From NCBI RefSeq assembly GCF_018977255.1, contig NW_024704801.1, positions 124,001-188,000 on the forward strand: DNA of 64,000 nt. The letters run 5' to 3'. The notes below the pieces were generated by a model. The model ran no database searches, was not told where the DNA came from, and saw only the letters and a list, made by a program, of their open reading frames with translations. A program made the translations under genes and the position numbers. Below are positions 50,995 to 62,900 of the stretch, piece after piece (position 1 is the first letter of the stretch; each line of letters starts with the position of its first letter). The stretch comes from Callorhinchus milii (taxonomy: Eukaryota).

Positions 50995-53900
50995 ATGGTG
51001 ACTGGCGCACTTTTCCTTCTCCAGCTGCTTGTCGGTGAGTTACAGGCTGGAATCTAATAGGGGGGTTTCAGAGATTTATATATAAATCTGTAGCTTTGTG
51101 GTTAGAGAGCTCGCCTCGCAAGCAAGAGGACCTGGGTTGATTCGGACAATTAATCAAGGCTTATTAATTCAGATTAATAATGGTTATAGGTCATTAAAAG
51201 AATACATCGAATTATGTTTACATATCCACACAGACTGTAATTCACAACAATTTAAGTTGATCAAACCAACTGCTGCGGGAGAGATAGAGGAGCGTCGTCC
51301 AATTCATTGCCCCATTTGAATCCAAATATAAGTCCTCAATTGGTATCCAAGTATTGCTGTACTGTTTCCAGTTCGATATCACCCAAAGGTATTCAGGTAT
51401 TATTGCACATTTAGTGTTGTTTAAATCACAGTCATGATCTTCCTTCTTTAGAAACTGGAATATGGTTCTCGACTCTAAGTTCCAATTTCTTCCTTCTCTT
51501 TTTCTCTCTTTCTCTTGAAAAGAGGAGGGTGAGGGGTGACCCGATAGAGGTCTTTAAAATGATGAAAGGTCTTCATAGGGTCGACATAGGGAAGATATTT
51601 CCACTTGTGGGGGAGACCAAAACCAGGGGCCATCACCAAATTAATCACCAGCTCCACTCATATGAGTCTAACAAATCTAATACAATTTTTCGATGAGGTA
51701 ACAGAGAGGGGATAAAGATAGTACAGTTGATGTAGTTTATATGGACTTTCAAAAGGCATTTGACAAAGTGCCACATGAAAGACTTGTGAGAAAGATAGAA
51801 GCCCACGGTATAAAAGGGACAGTGGCAGCGGATCGAGAACTGGTTGGGAGACAGAAAGCAGAGAGTTGTGGTGAACGGCTGCTTTTCTGACTGGAGGGAA
51901 GTGTACAGTGGCGTTCCCCAGGGATCGGTATTAGGACCACTGCTCTTCTTAATATACATAAATGATCTGGACTTGGGTATAGCAAATACCATCTCCAAGT
52001 TTGGGGACGACACAAAGTTAGGGAGGGGGTAAACAGTGAGAAGGATAGGAGCCGACTGCAGGAAGATATAGACAGAATGTAAAATGGGCGACACATGGCA
52101 GATGAGTTTCAATGTAGAGAAATGCGAAGTAATGCATTTTGGTAGAAAGAATGAGCGGAGGCAATAATGGCTGGTAATACAATCTTAAGGGGGTAAAACA
52201 ACAGAGCGACCTGGGGGGGGGGCAGGTAACTGAATCCTTGAAGGTGGCAGGACAGGTAAAAAGGGCATATAGGATACTGGGCTTTATAAATAGGGGCATA
52301 GAGTACAAGAGTCAGGAGGTGATGATTAACCGATATAAACGCTGGTTAGACCTCAGTTAGAATACTGCCCCAGTTCGGGGCCCCACACTATAGGAAGGAT
52401 GTTAAGGCATTGGAAAGGGTACAGAGGAGATTTACGAGGATGGTAACAGGAATGAGGGACCGTGATGATGAGGAAAGGCTGGAGAGGCCGGGAATATTCT
52501 CATTGGAGCAGAGAAGGTTACGAGGACCTAATAGAGGTCTTCAAAATCATGAGGGGATTTGATGGGATAGAAAGGGACAAACTGTTCCCACTGGTGGGAG
52601 TGTCGGTGACTCGAGGTCACAGATTCAAAATAGTCTCTAAAAGAAGCCGAGTGGAGGGGAGAAGACATGTTTTCACGCAGCGAGTTGTTGGAATCTGGAA
52701 CATTGCCTGAAAGGGCGGTCGAGGCCGATTCCATAACTACTTTTAAAACTGCGGTGGACGGGTATTTGCGGAGGACGGGTTTGCAGGTTATGGGGAAAGC
52801 GCCGGGAGTGGGATTGACATTAATTGCTCCTTTCAAAGAGCCGCACAGACTCGATGGGCCGAATGGCCTCTTTTTGTGCTGTACAATTCTATGATTCTAT
52901 GAGACTGATCGTATGTCTCAAATATATAAACATCGCAAATATAATTTGAGATATTATTTAACACATTAATTACAGAAATCCTACATTATTATATAGAATA
53001 ACGGAGGGGAGGAGTGAGTTCGAGACTGGAATCTGCTCCAGGGGTTTATATATAGAATAACACACCCCTGGGGGCGAGTTACAGGCCGGAGAGCAGTTGT
53101 GGAGTTTGACGATCGTAATAAATGATGGTACAATACTCGGCCTTAATAAGGATAAGTAAGACAACTCCTGGACAACTCAGATACATTTTCACTGTTTCTC
53201 TCTCACAGTTGCGACAAGTAACAGCAAATTCAAGGTGAATCAGCCAGAGTCTGTGTCAAGGATGCTGGGAGACTCTGTCACCATCCCCTGCCAGTTCTCC
53301 TACCCAACCGAGTACCGTGCTACCAAGATTCGCATTTATTGGAGAAAATATCAGTTTCACGGACCGTTCATATTCAACGTGTCAGAGGGATATATTCACC
53401 CCAATTACAGCGGACGGATTAACTTCCTGGGGAAGCCAGAGGGAGAGAAGACCGGCACCATCCGGATCAACAGCCTGAAACAAAACGATTCAAGTTATTA
53501 TTTCTGTCGGGTCAAGACCGGGGAAGTAAGCCACAGATGTGGCAAAGTATCCCTGGGACACAGCTCAGGGTAGAATCGCACAGTACAACAGGTAAATACA
53601 CCAGGAATGTGTCCTGCGACAGTCTCAGTGTAAGAGATAACACTCCAGGAATGTTGGGAACTTTGAGCTCACAGTCCAGGCTGACCCTCCAGGGCAAGTG
53701 CTGCATTATCGGAGGTGCCGTCCTTCGCTTGAGACACGAAACTGCCCGTTGACGCACACATAATTTAAAGAGGTGGGAGTTTCTCTTTGAACGCTCATCC
53801 GAAAGACGTCGCCTCCAAAAAGGTGGGAGCACTCCCCCTCCCCACCGCATTGGAGCGTCAGCCCCAACTGTGAGCTCAAAGACCCAACTGAGTGAGAAGG

Positions 53901-55615
53901 TTCTAATAATAAGGCTCCAACCTACAACCTCGAGCCAGGCTGACACTCTGTACAGCCGAACAATCTGCTGGCTCACCCGGAGCAGACAGGTTTGTGCCAG
54001 CGCCAAACACAAACAGAAAGTTAACTGGGTCCAAAGGAAATGTAAAAATAATACCAAACATTATTTTATCATCTTGGAAGGCAAAACAACTGAACAACCC
54101 AAATGCACACATACTCACACAAGCCCACAAGCCAGCAGGATTCCGGGGAGCGAGACGAACAAGGATCCGGGGAACGAAACATGGATTGCTGTGGGCTGTG
54201 CGGTTGCGGTGCTACTTGTGATTGCTATCATTGTCGTCGTTGTCTGGAAAAGGCGTAAGAATGCAAGTAAGTGGCTACGTACATATCCTCCAAACTGGCA
54301 GCTTAAGCTCAGTCTCACAGTGCAGTGTGTCAGTGCTTGGCTCCAGCAGACTGCAACTGATCGGTCCATGGCCGATCGTGGGAATGTTGCTGTGCGCAAA
54401 ACTGGCTGCCGGGTTTTGCCCACAACACACACAGTCACCACGCTTTTTCTCCTGCGAGTCCTGTGTCTCAAAGCACTTCACAGAATACACTGCAAAGTGA
54501 ATTGATTGCACTGTATTTTTGTGGGAGAAACTTGGCAGCCAATTGCGCACATCGGTGTCCCACACACAGTCGTGGCTTGAGTGACTACATTTTTGGGGGG
54601 AGGGATTATTACCCCCAGAAAAGCGTTCTGCCTGACAATGACTGACAACCGGGTTCATTCTTACTGCTGGTAAATAGAGGCGGGTGGGTGGAGTAAAGAA
54701 ACTTGGCTAAGGTTTCGCCCTGCCCGGGAATTGATCCCAGGTCCTCTCACTTGTGAGTGCTCTAACCACTGTGGGGCAGCACTCCACTCTCCCATGTGAA
54801 GGACGCTGGTTGAAAGCGAGTTGTTGTTGTAGACTAGGTGGCATTTCTGGTCTGTAGAAACCTGGATTCTGGAGAACCACAGTCTGCGCCACAAATAGCT
54901 GATGTTCTGTCTGTTCCTGCATTTCAGATCTTCATAATAAATCGGAGCCCAACAACAAGCCTGCGGACAACGTGCAAACACCTCACTACACAACAATCAC
55001 CGGATCCACAGGCCATGATGAGGTGAGGATTTTTGGGGTCAGCCGGGTGTCCGACACGCATGGAAACCCATCACAGTGATTAAGACCAAATCAGACTGAG
55101 GGTACCACATGTTTATGCCACCTATATGTCGCTGGGTATGTAATGGAAGGCACATTCTTTCTCCCTGGAAGGACACATACTGCTTATGTAATCCCCAAGA
55201 GTATAAGGCACAGGCTGGGATGAGACTGGGCTTGGGGACCACAGACCTTATTACAAAATGTTAAGTGGAAATGAAAAAGTAAACACAAAAGAATACTTTA
55301 GGACACACCAAAGCAGATGGTGGAGTGGGGGGGGGGTAAGCAGATGGGATAGGTAGGGAGGTGGGAGGGCACGAAGGGTTTTTTGAAAACAAGTGAAAGG
55401 ATATTAGACAATGGAAGGGATAATTAAACCCAAGGGAACCCCCTCTCCCTCACCCACAATGATTTACTCTTAACCACTTGGTATTTCAGGAAGAAAACAC
55501 TGAGGGTATTGTCTACGCAAAACTACAGATTGGACAGAGCAATGTCACTAAAGTCCCGCTGGCAGATCAAAATACATTATACGCAGCTGTCGACTTCCGC
55601 AATAAAAGTAGTTAA
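50995..55615 (+). CDS. PILRA: Paired immunoglobulin-like type 2 receptor alpha-like inhibitory receptor (V-set, TM, ITIM/ITSM); 1-nt frameshift in the assembled sequence
   Basis: Leader 50995-51034 ([13 protein letters not shown]); V-set 53209-53591 ([34 protein letters not shown], frameshift at G-run 53520-53523, then [11 protein letters not shown]); stalk+TM 54081-54266 ([26 protein letters not shown]); 54928-55022; 55490-55615 (GIVYAKL..TLYAAV*). AATAAA at 55653-55658. Confidence 0.75.
51666..52901 (+). mobile_element. 5'-truncated CR1 LINE in intron 1 of the PILRA-like gene; same subfamily as 13133-14350
   Basis: Encodes [21 protein letters not shown]; ends in ATTCTATGATTCTATG. Confidence 0.92.
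54465..54790 (-). mobile_element. tRNA-derived SINE
   Basis: Body plus head GGGAATTGATCCCAGG..CTAACCACTG. Confidence 0.8.
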
Positions 55616-56829
55616 ATTTACTTTTCCCAACACATGCCATAATGTTACTGGAAATAAAAATACCATCAAGTGTCGGAAACTGTTTTGCAATATACCCGCA
55701 CTGTGACCTGTTTTCTGTATGGGTCAATCTTCCTTCTGCTTCTCTCAGATTGTTTTTTTTCCACTGAAAAGAAATAACTCCATTTACTAAGCTTGTTAGA
55801 GTTAAGAGTGCTTCGCAGTAACTAATGCCACGTGTCGTACGTAGGGAACCAACAGGGAGACTCCGCAACAAACAGACATCGGATGAGGCACAACAGTGAG
55901 ACAAAGTGATTCAGACCCAATGAGACAAGTGACACAGAGACACGTAGTGAGTCACAGACACACAGTGACACACACACACACAGTGACACACAGGTTGTAG
56001 ACAGATTTATTAGAAAACACCCAAGTTGGCTATTATCCTCCTCGTTATGACTATGCTCAGCAAGTCCACTTTGTGTGTCTGTTTATATACTTTTTAAAGA
56101 GTTCAGACTTGAAATAGTTATTATTTTAACATTTCGCTCTGCTTTTCTTTAAAATTTTAACATTTAACTTTTTTTAAATCGCATTTTTTTAACATTTTGC
56201 TTTTGCGACGAATGTTAAGTTGTTGCATTGTTAATGTCTGTGTGGACAAAAATTACAGCCAATTGATAAGAGTGCCTCATTCTGTTGTGAAGTGACTGTT
56301 TGTTTGTAGGCAAATGTGTTTAAAATGTTAATTTTATTTCCATAATAAACGTAATTCATCTCAACACCAGTTTTCCTCATTGAATTGTTGAAGAAAATGT
56401 GTGCATGAGGGTACAATTCTACCGACAGGGCCGTTCCTTTCGTTCAGCAACAGCAACAGACAACAAATTAAGGTTGTGTAGCGCCTTTCGCGTCAGGAGG
56501 ACATCCTAAAGGGGCTCGAGACAGTCAGGGATCCACACCCAAGCTGGTGGCTGGGATCAGGAGAGGTGGAGGGCGGAGATAGGAGGGTGACTGAAGGCAC
56601 GATCGAAGAGGAGGGTCTTGGGGAAATGCCTTGAAGGAGGCAAGGGTGGGAGCGAGGCGTAGGACTTTGGGATGGAGTTCCGGAGTGTGGGGGCAGAGAG
56701 ATTGAAGGTCCGACCGCCGATGGTGGGGCGGGCACTGCAGTGACTTGATCCACTGATGAAGATCCTACGTGCATTTTTTTTGGAAAAAGAGAACTTTATT
56801 GGCAGTCCAGTCATATTCGGCCAAAGTAG

Positions 56830-57050
56830 TCTGCGCCAGTGTTTGTACTCTACACTCTCCTATTCCCTTCCATTCCTTCTCCCTCGTGTCTGCAACACGA
56901 TTCCTCTTGAACCCGTCAGTGCTTTCTTCACCAACACAGCTTCCGACAGTGGGAAGAAGTTCCTCCTAAATACCGATTAGATCTGAAACTCGTGCTTCTA
57001 TATTTATACCGTCTCGTTATGGACTCACCAAAAGGGGAAATTGCCTGTCA
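56830..57050 (-). mobile_element. Old CR1 LINE 3' fragment
   Basis: Degenerate similarity to the 3' ends of the other CR1 copies in the window. Confidence 0.55.
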
Positions 57051-57617
57051 ACAATGTCTGAACGCACAAATATACAGTCAATTCACTTTACAGTATGTTC
57101 TGTGAAGCGCTTTGGGACGTCCTCCCGATGTGAAAAGCGCTATATCAAATGCAAGGATTATTATTATTATTATCACTAATATCAAATGCAAGGATTATTA
57201 TTATTATTATCACAACAACATGACATTTATAGAGCGCCTTTCAGGTCGGGAGGGCCTCCCAATTATAATGATAAGCCTTGTATTTGATACGGCGACTTAT
57301 CCCGTCTGTGAGATATCTCGAAGCGCTTCACAGGAAATACTGTAAAGTGTAGTGACTGTGTGTTTTGTGGGCGAAACATGGCAGCCAATTGCGTACAGCA
57401 GTCTCCCCATAAACAGTCGTGGATTGAGTGACCACATTATCATTATTTTACCCCCGGAAAAGCGAGCCACCAATCGACTAACAAGCGGGTTCATGTTTGC
57501 TGTGAGATGAACAGAGACTTACTTTGCCATGAATATCTATTGGGATTAACGTTTCAAATTGAATAATGAAAAATATTTTAAAACGTGCGTTTTTTGGGGA
57601 GGGGTCTGACACACGCA

Positions 57618-58035
57618 ACAACAACAACAAGATTCCATTTATAGAGCGCCTTTCACGTCGGGAGGACGTCCCAAAGTGCTGGACAGTTGGATCAGGACCC
57701 GAGCAGTGGTGAAATGGTCAGGGTGATGTGAGGGGAGGGAGAGAGCGAGGACGGGGGAAATGGTCAGGGTGAGGGGAGCGAAGGGAGGGAGCGAGGAGGG
57801 GGTAGAGAGTTGAGAGGGGAGCTGAAGGCTCGGTCAAAGAGAAAGGTCTTGAGACCGGTCTTGAAGGAGGAAAGGGAGGAAGCGGCGAGCATATAGAGGG
57901 TGAAGAGGAGGGGACCGAGGACAGAGCCCTGAGGGACACCGCACGAGACAGTGCGGGGGATGGAGGAAAATGCTGCCGATAGGTCGAGGAGGACGAGGAG
58001 GCAGAGGGAGCCCTGGTCGTAGATGGTCAAGGTGT
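57618..58035 (-). mobile_element. L2 LINE 3' fragment; related fragments at about 12923-13132, 32710-33040, 37980-38400, 56460-56740, 60375-60650 and 61940-62500
   Basis: Reverse strand encodes [41 protein letters not shown]; (TTG)n tail; 3' end shared with the SINE. Confidence 0.88.
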
Positions 58036-58894
58036 CACGCAGAAACCCATCACTGTGCTTAAAATTATCTAAATTAAATGGAGAATTCCACATACCTCCC
58101 AAGTCCTGCTAAACAAGCTGCTTTGTCATCAGCTGTGCCCTGGAAATTTCCGATGTTTGTAATAGAGTGGTTACTCTCTCTCTCGGAGGAATGGGCCCCG
58201 CTCACCTAATTCTGGAGAGGATTAGGCACAGGTTAGCAAAAGCCAAGGCTTTGGAGACCTCAGAGCATGTGTTGGAGTAACTGCTGGAGTTTAACCAGCT
58301 ACACTTGCGTAGCTTTCTAGCAAATTTCCAGGTCTGCTCTATCTGTTTCAGTTTGGGCTTTGAATTTAATAGAAACTGTGAAGTACTTTGAGATATGTTG
58401 ACATTATGGATGAATCATTATACCTACAGGTAATAATCCCCTAAAATAATAATAATCCTTGCATTTGATATAGCGCTTTTCACGTCGGGAGGACGTCCCA
58501 AAGCGCTTCACAGAACACACTGTAAAGTGAATTGACTGTATATTTGTGGGCAAACGCGGCAGCCAATTGCGCACAGCAATGTCCCACAAACAGTCGTAGA
58601 TTGAAAATGACCAACTTATTACTGTTTTGTGTTTTTGGAGGGATTATTATTAAAAAAATACTAATTGGGTCAGTGGGACACTGTTGTACGCAATTGGCTG
58701 CCTCATTTCACCCACAAAATCTATAGTCAATTCACTTTACAGTAGATTCTGTGAAGCGCTTTGAGACGTCTCGAAGACGTGATAAGGTTCTCTGTCAAAT
58801 GCAACGATTATTTATTTTATTATAAATACCAAATGCAAAGGTTATTGTTTAATGGAACAACCTATTTTAACTTATTATCTTTACATACTGGCTG

Positions 58895-59005
58895 ATGAGT
58901 GACTCAGCGATTTTCAGCTCTGAAACTGAAACACAAATTACATCGGTCTCCACAGAGAAATTGAAAGTGTAAGCCATTCTGCAATTTCCTAGAAGTGACG
59001 TGGTT
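58895..59005 (+). promoter_or_regulatory. Interferon-responsive promoter cluster (AP-1/ARE, two ISRE/IRF-E, GAS)
   Basis: TGACTCAGC 58900-58908, GAAACTGAAAC 58922-58932, GAAATTGAAAGT 58957-58968, TTCCTAGAA 58986-58994 and TGACGT 58996-59001, upstream of a candidate non-coding exon (donor GTGAGT at 59214; acceptor at 59941). Confidence 0.7.
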
Positions 59006-59965
59006 ATTTTTCAGATAGGTACAGATACACATCCCTGGGTACACCCATCCAGATCAGTTTCTGTGAGAGGGAGCACAGTGACAGGACTTTGGGCGTTAGG
59101 GAGAATCCTTCAATCTGAAACCCGAACAAGAGGAAAAGTCTGCAACCTTTTGATCAGGGGAGCAAACCTCTGGTGCTCTTTGAAGCTGAGTAGATGCACG
59201 ATAGTACAAAGAAGTGAGTACAGATTTGTCAGTTTCTTTTAAGTGCTTAAAGAAAAAGGCTGTGCTGCACGGGTGTGAATCTGCTGATGGTGGGATGGGA
59301 AGAGCGGGGACATGGAAGGACACCAGCGTTCACTGACTGAAAGGAATCGTTCAGGCATCTGAAACACTGGCATCAAAGTAATATAATAATCATATCAGAG
59401 TGATATAATAATAATTCTTGCATTTGAAATAGTGCTTTATCACGTCTTCGAGACACCTCAAAGCAAAAGTAGTGACAAAGGTCTCAATAGGGGCATAGTT
59501 CACTAAAGTTAATGATTTATTCATCAAATGCCATATCACGGTGATTTTGTTGTTGTTGTTGTTTTCTGTAACATACTCAGGGCTTGAATTTCTAGTCTAA
59601 CATTAACAATAATAATAATAGCAGTGGATGTAGCGCCTCATCCCATCATCAAGTCGTCTCAAAGCGCTTCACAGAATATACTGTAAAGTGAATTAATTGA
59701 CTGTATGTTTTGCGGACGAAACAATCCACCAGATAAGATCGATCATTCACTTAATGCTTGCGGGACATTCCTGAGCGTAGACCGGCTGCCACATTCACCC
59801 ACAAAATGCATTACTCTTCACAGTAAATTGTGAAGCATTTTAGGATATGACAGGCATTCTATCAAACTCAAGAAGGACGGCACTTCTGACAATACAGCAC
59901 TGCACTGGTAATTAACCACTCGCATATTAATTTCTTTCCAGCTGTGACTAACACAGTCCCTCACC

Positions 59966-62900
59966 ATGGCGAGCGACCACAGTTCATCCGACTTCATACG
60001 AAAACGTCGCAAAAACTTCAGGGCCGTTCTGGGGGAAGCACCAGACACTGTGCTGGATGAGCTGGATTCCTTGCTGCTCATCACCAGAGAGGAATACGAC
60101 AAGATCGAAGGGATGCCGAACCCCAGCGACAAAGCCAGAGAGCTCATAAACACCATGCTCCGCAAAGGAGAAAGGGCGTGCCAGCAGTTCCTCACAGCCC
60201 TGCACAAATTACAGGAAACACTGCCGAGGCTGGTGGAGGTATTAGCTGAGGGCTGTCCCAGTACAAGCGGTGAGTTCAATGTTACATCTCCATCTTTTAA
60301 TAACTAAACAGAACTAACCCTCAAAGGGGCGACTCTCCTGGTCCATATTAAGCAATTAATTAAGTCATTAAGACAACAACAGCAACTTGCATTTACACAG
60401 CGCTCCTCACACAGGGCAGAAGGAGGGTGCGAGGCAGAGAGCCAGAGGGATAGAGTGACAGAGCTTTGGGGCGTAGTGGCTGAAAGCCCGGCCACCGATG
60501 GTGGAATGGAGGGCACGAGGGACTCGCAGAAGGTCAGAGTCAGTTAAACAGAGGCAAGAGGCTGTGGGGTCAGCAGGTCGGAGAGGTAGAGATGGTGCCA
60601 GGGCACGAAGGGGTTTGAAGATGAGCGTGAGGATCTTGAAATTGAAATACCTCAAAGAATATATTGTAGAGTGACTGTGTATTTTGTGGGCAAAACGAAG
60701 CAGCCAATATTAAATGCAAGTTGTTGAATTAATTTAACTCATAAAACACAGTATTAGCCGTGGCGGTTAAATGCTCAAACTTTTCAAGTGAGATCGCAAT
60801 GTGTTTTGTAACACCAGTAGCCACGGAACGATGCCACAGTGTGTAACAAGCCTGCGTGATGTTTGCTCTGTAGATGATTCTTCTTCCGAACACCCAGAAG
60901 GGAAACGGGGACTTGAGGAGTTCAGCCAGAACCAGGAACAGGAACAGGAGCAGCAGCAGGTCCTGAACATAACCCCCTCTAGTCCTCTCGCCGTAGAAGG
61001 TGAGTCATTGTCAGCAAGTGGCTATGGGGGGTTGGGGGCTACTGAATGCAAATTGGCCGCACATTTGCTTACAAAATACAATCGTTTTAAAGTAGTGTAA
61101 ATTTTGTGAAATCTTGTCTTTTTTTATTGCTGGGGTCAGGAAATCCTCCCACTCAGCTCCGACAGGCCAAAGCCCCAACTAACGGGTAGGGTGGTCCTAG
61201 CCAACACGTAGGGATAGCTCTCCAGGTAGTGCTCTTAACGGTAAACCATATTAACTGGTTAAACACCCAGCAGTTTGTGGTATTTTCTCCAAAGCTGACT
61301 CTTCCTACAAAGAACCAGAAGCGGAAACTGGCACTGAAGAGTTCAGCCCCAACCAAGGACCGGAGCAGCCGAAGGAAGAGTGCCTTGAGCCTGAACTGCC
61401 CGCCCTACTCAGCAAAGAAGGTGAGTGATTGGTTGCTGCTTTTCCGGGGGTAATAACCCCTTCACAAAATGAATTAAATAAAGTAATAATTTGGTCACTC
61501 AATCCACGGCTGTTTGTGGGGACGCTGCAGCGCGCAATTGGCTGCTGCGTTTAACCCACAAAATATACAGTCACTACACTTTGTAGTCTATTCTGTGAAG
61601 AGCTTTGAGACGAGTTGAAGATGTGATAAGGTGCAGGAAACAAATGCAAGGATTATTATTGTTATTATGAACCAGAACCTGGCAGTGAGAGAGATAGGAC
61701 AGAGGAGACCATTACACAGCCATTTGATACGCTGTATGGGAAATTTTCGAGTGAGGTGCCAGCAGAGCAGGAGCACAGCACTCATCATCTGGGACTCAAC
61801 CTCAGCATCTGGTGGCACTGGGTGTGCTGGGAGTCGAGGTGGAATGGGGCTGGCAAAGGCCTACCATAGCTTGAATAAGGGAGAGCTGGCAAGGGACATG
61901 TCAAGTGAGAACTGGAGTGGTATAATCGTGGATATGGTAGTTACAACAACAACAACATTACATTTATAGAGCACCTTTCACGTCGGGAGAATGTCCCAAA
62001 GTGCTGAACAGGCAGGTGTCGGGGCCCGAGCATGGGGGAGGGGTGGTGTAGGGGTGAGGGGTGGTGTAGGGGTGAGGGAAGGCAGATAGGTGGGAGGGAG
62101 ATCAAAGGCACGGTCGAAGAGGAGGGTCTTGAGACCGGCCTTGAAGGAGGCAAGGGAGGAAGCGAGGCGAAGGGACCGTGGGATGGAGTTCCAGAGTGTG
62201 GGGGTGGAGAGGCTGAAAGCCTGGCCACCAATGGTAGGGCGGGTCGGACGGGAGACATGGAGCAGGCCGGAGCCCGCTGAACGGAGGGAGCGGGCAGGTT
62301 GGTAGGGAGTCAGCAGGTCAGAGAGGTAGGAGGGGACAAGGCCATGGATGGCCTTAAAGGTGAGGACGAGGATCTTGAACTCAGTCCTCTAGGGGATGGG
62401 GAGCCAGTGGAGTCGGGCGAGGGTGGGGGTGATGGGGTCACGGAGCCTGGTGCATGAGAGTACACGAGCTGCAGAGTTTTGGATGATCTGCAGCTTGTGA
62501 AGGGAAGAGTTACATTTATATAGCGCCTTTCAGGTATGGAGAACATCTCAGAACAGTTGGATTATTGGGGTATATTGCACATATACAGATTTGGATCTGT
62601 TCCACATTTATACACATGCCATTGCTGACTGTGATAAGTAACCCCTCATGTGGGGTAAAATGTACTTCTACCATTTGTATTCATGGAGATAATGATTGTC
62701 ATTTAATTTACAGAAAAAGGAAGAAATCTCCAAGAAATGCTTCAGAACCTGGGTCTCCAGGACTTGTACACGCGTAAGCTATCCCTGAGTGAGGTTCTGG
62801 AGATTGGGCCCCAAACACTGGTCTGCACAAAGCCTCAATCCTTGCTCTGTGTTGCTGAGTACTTTCTAAAAAAGCTGATGATTCTCAGTTTGACAGCCAG

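Noticed and set aside
53870-54505. 211-aa ORF with a TM segment as a stand-alone gene
   Set aside because: Only 54081-54266 is exonic (PILRA-like TM exon); the flanks are intron and SINE.
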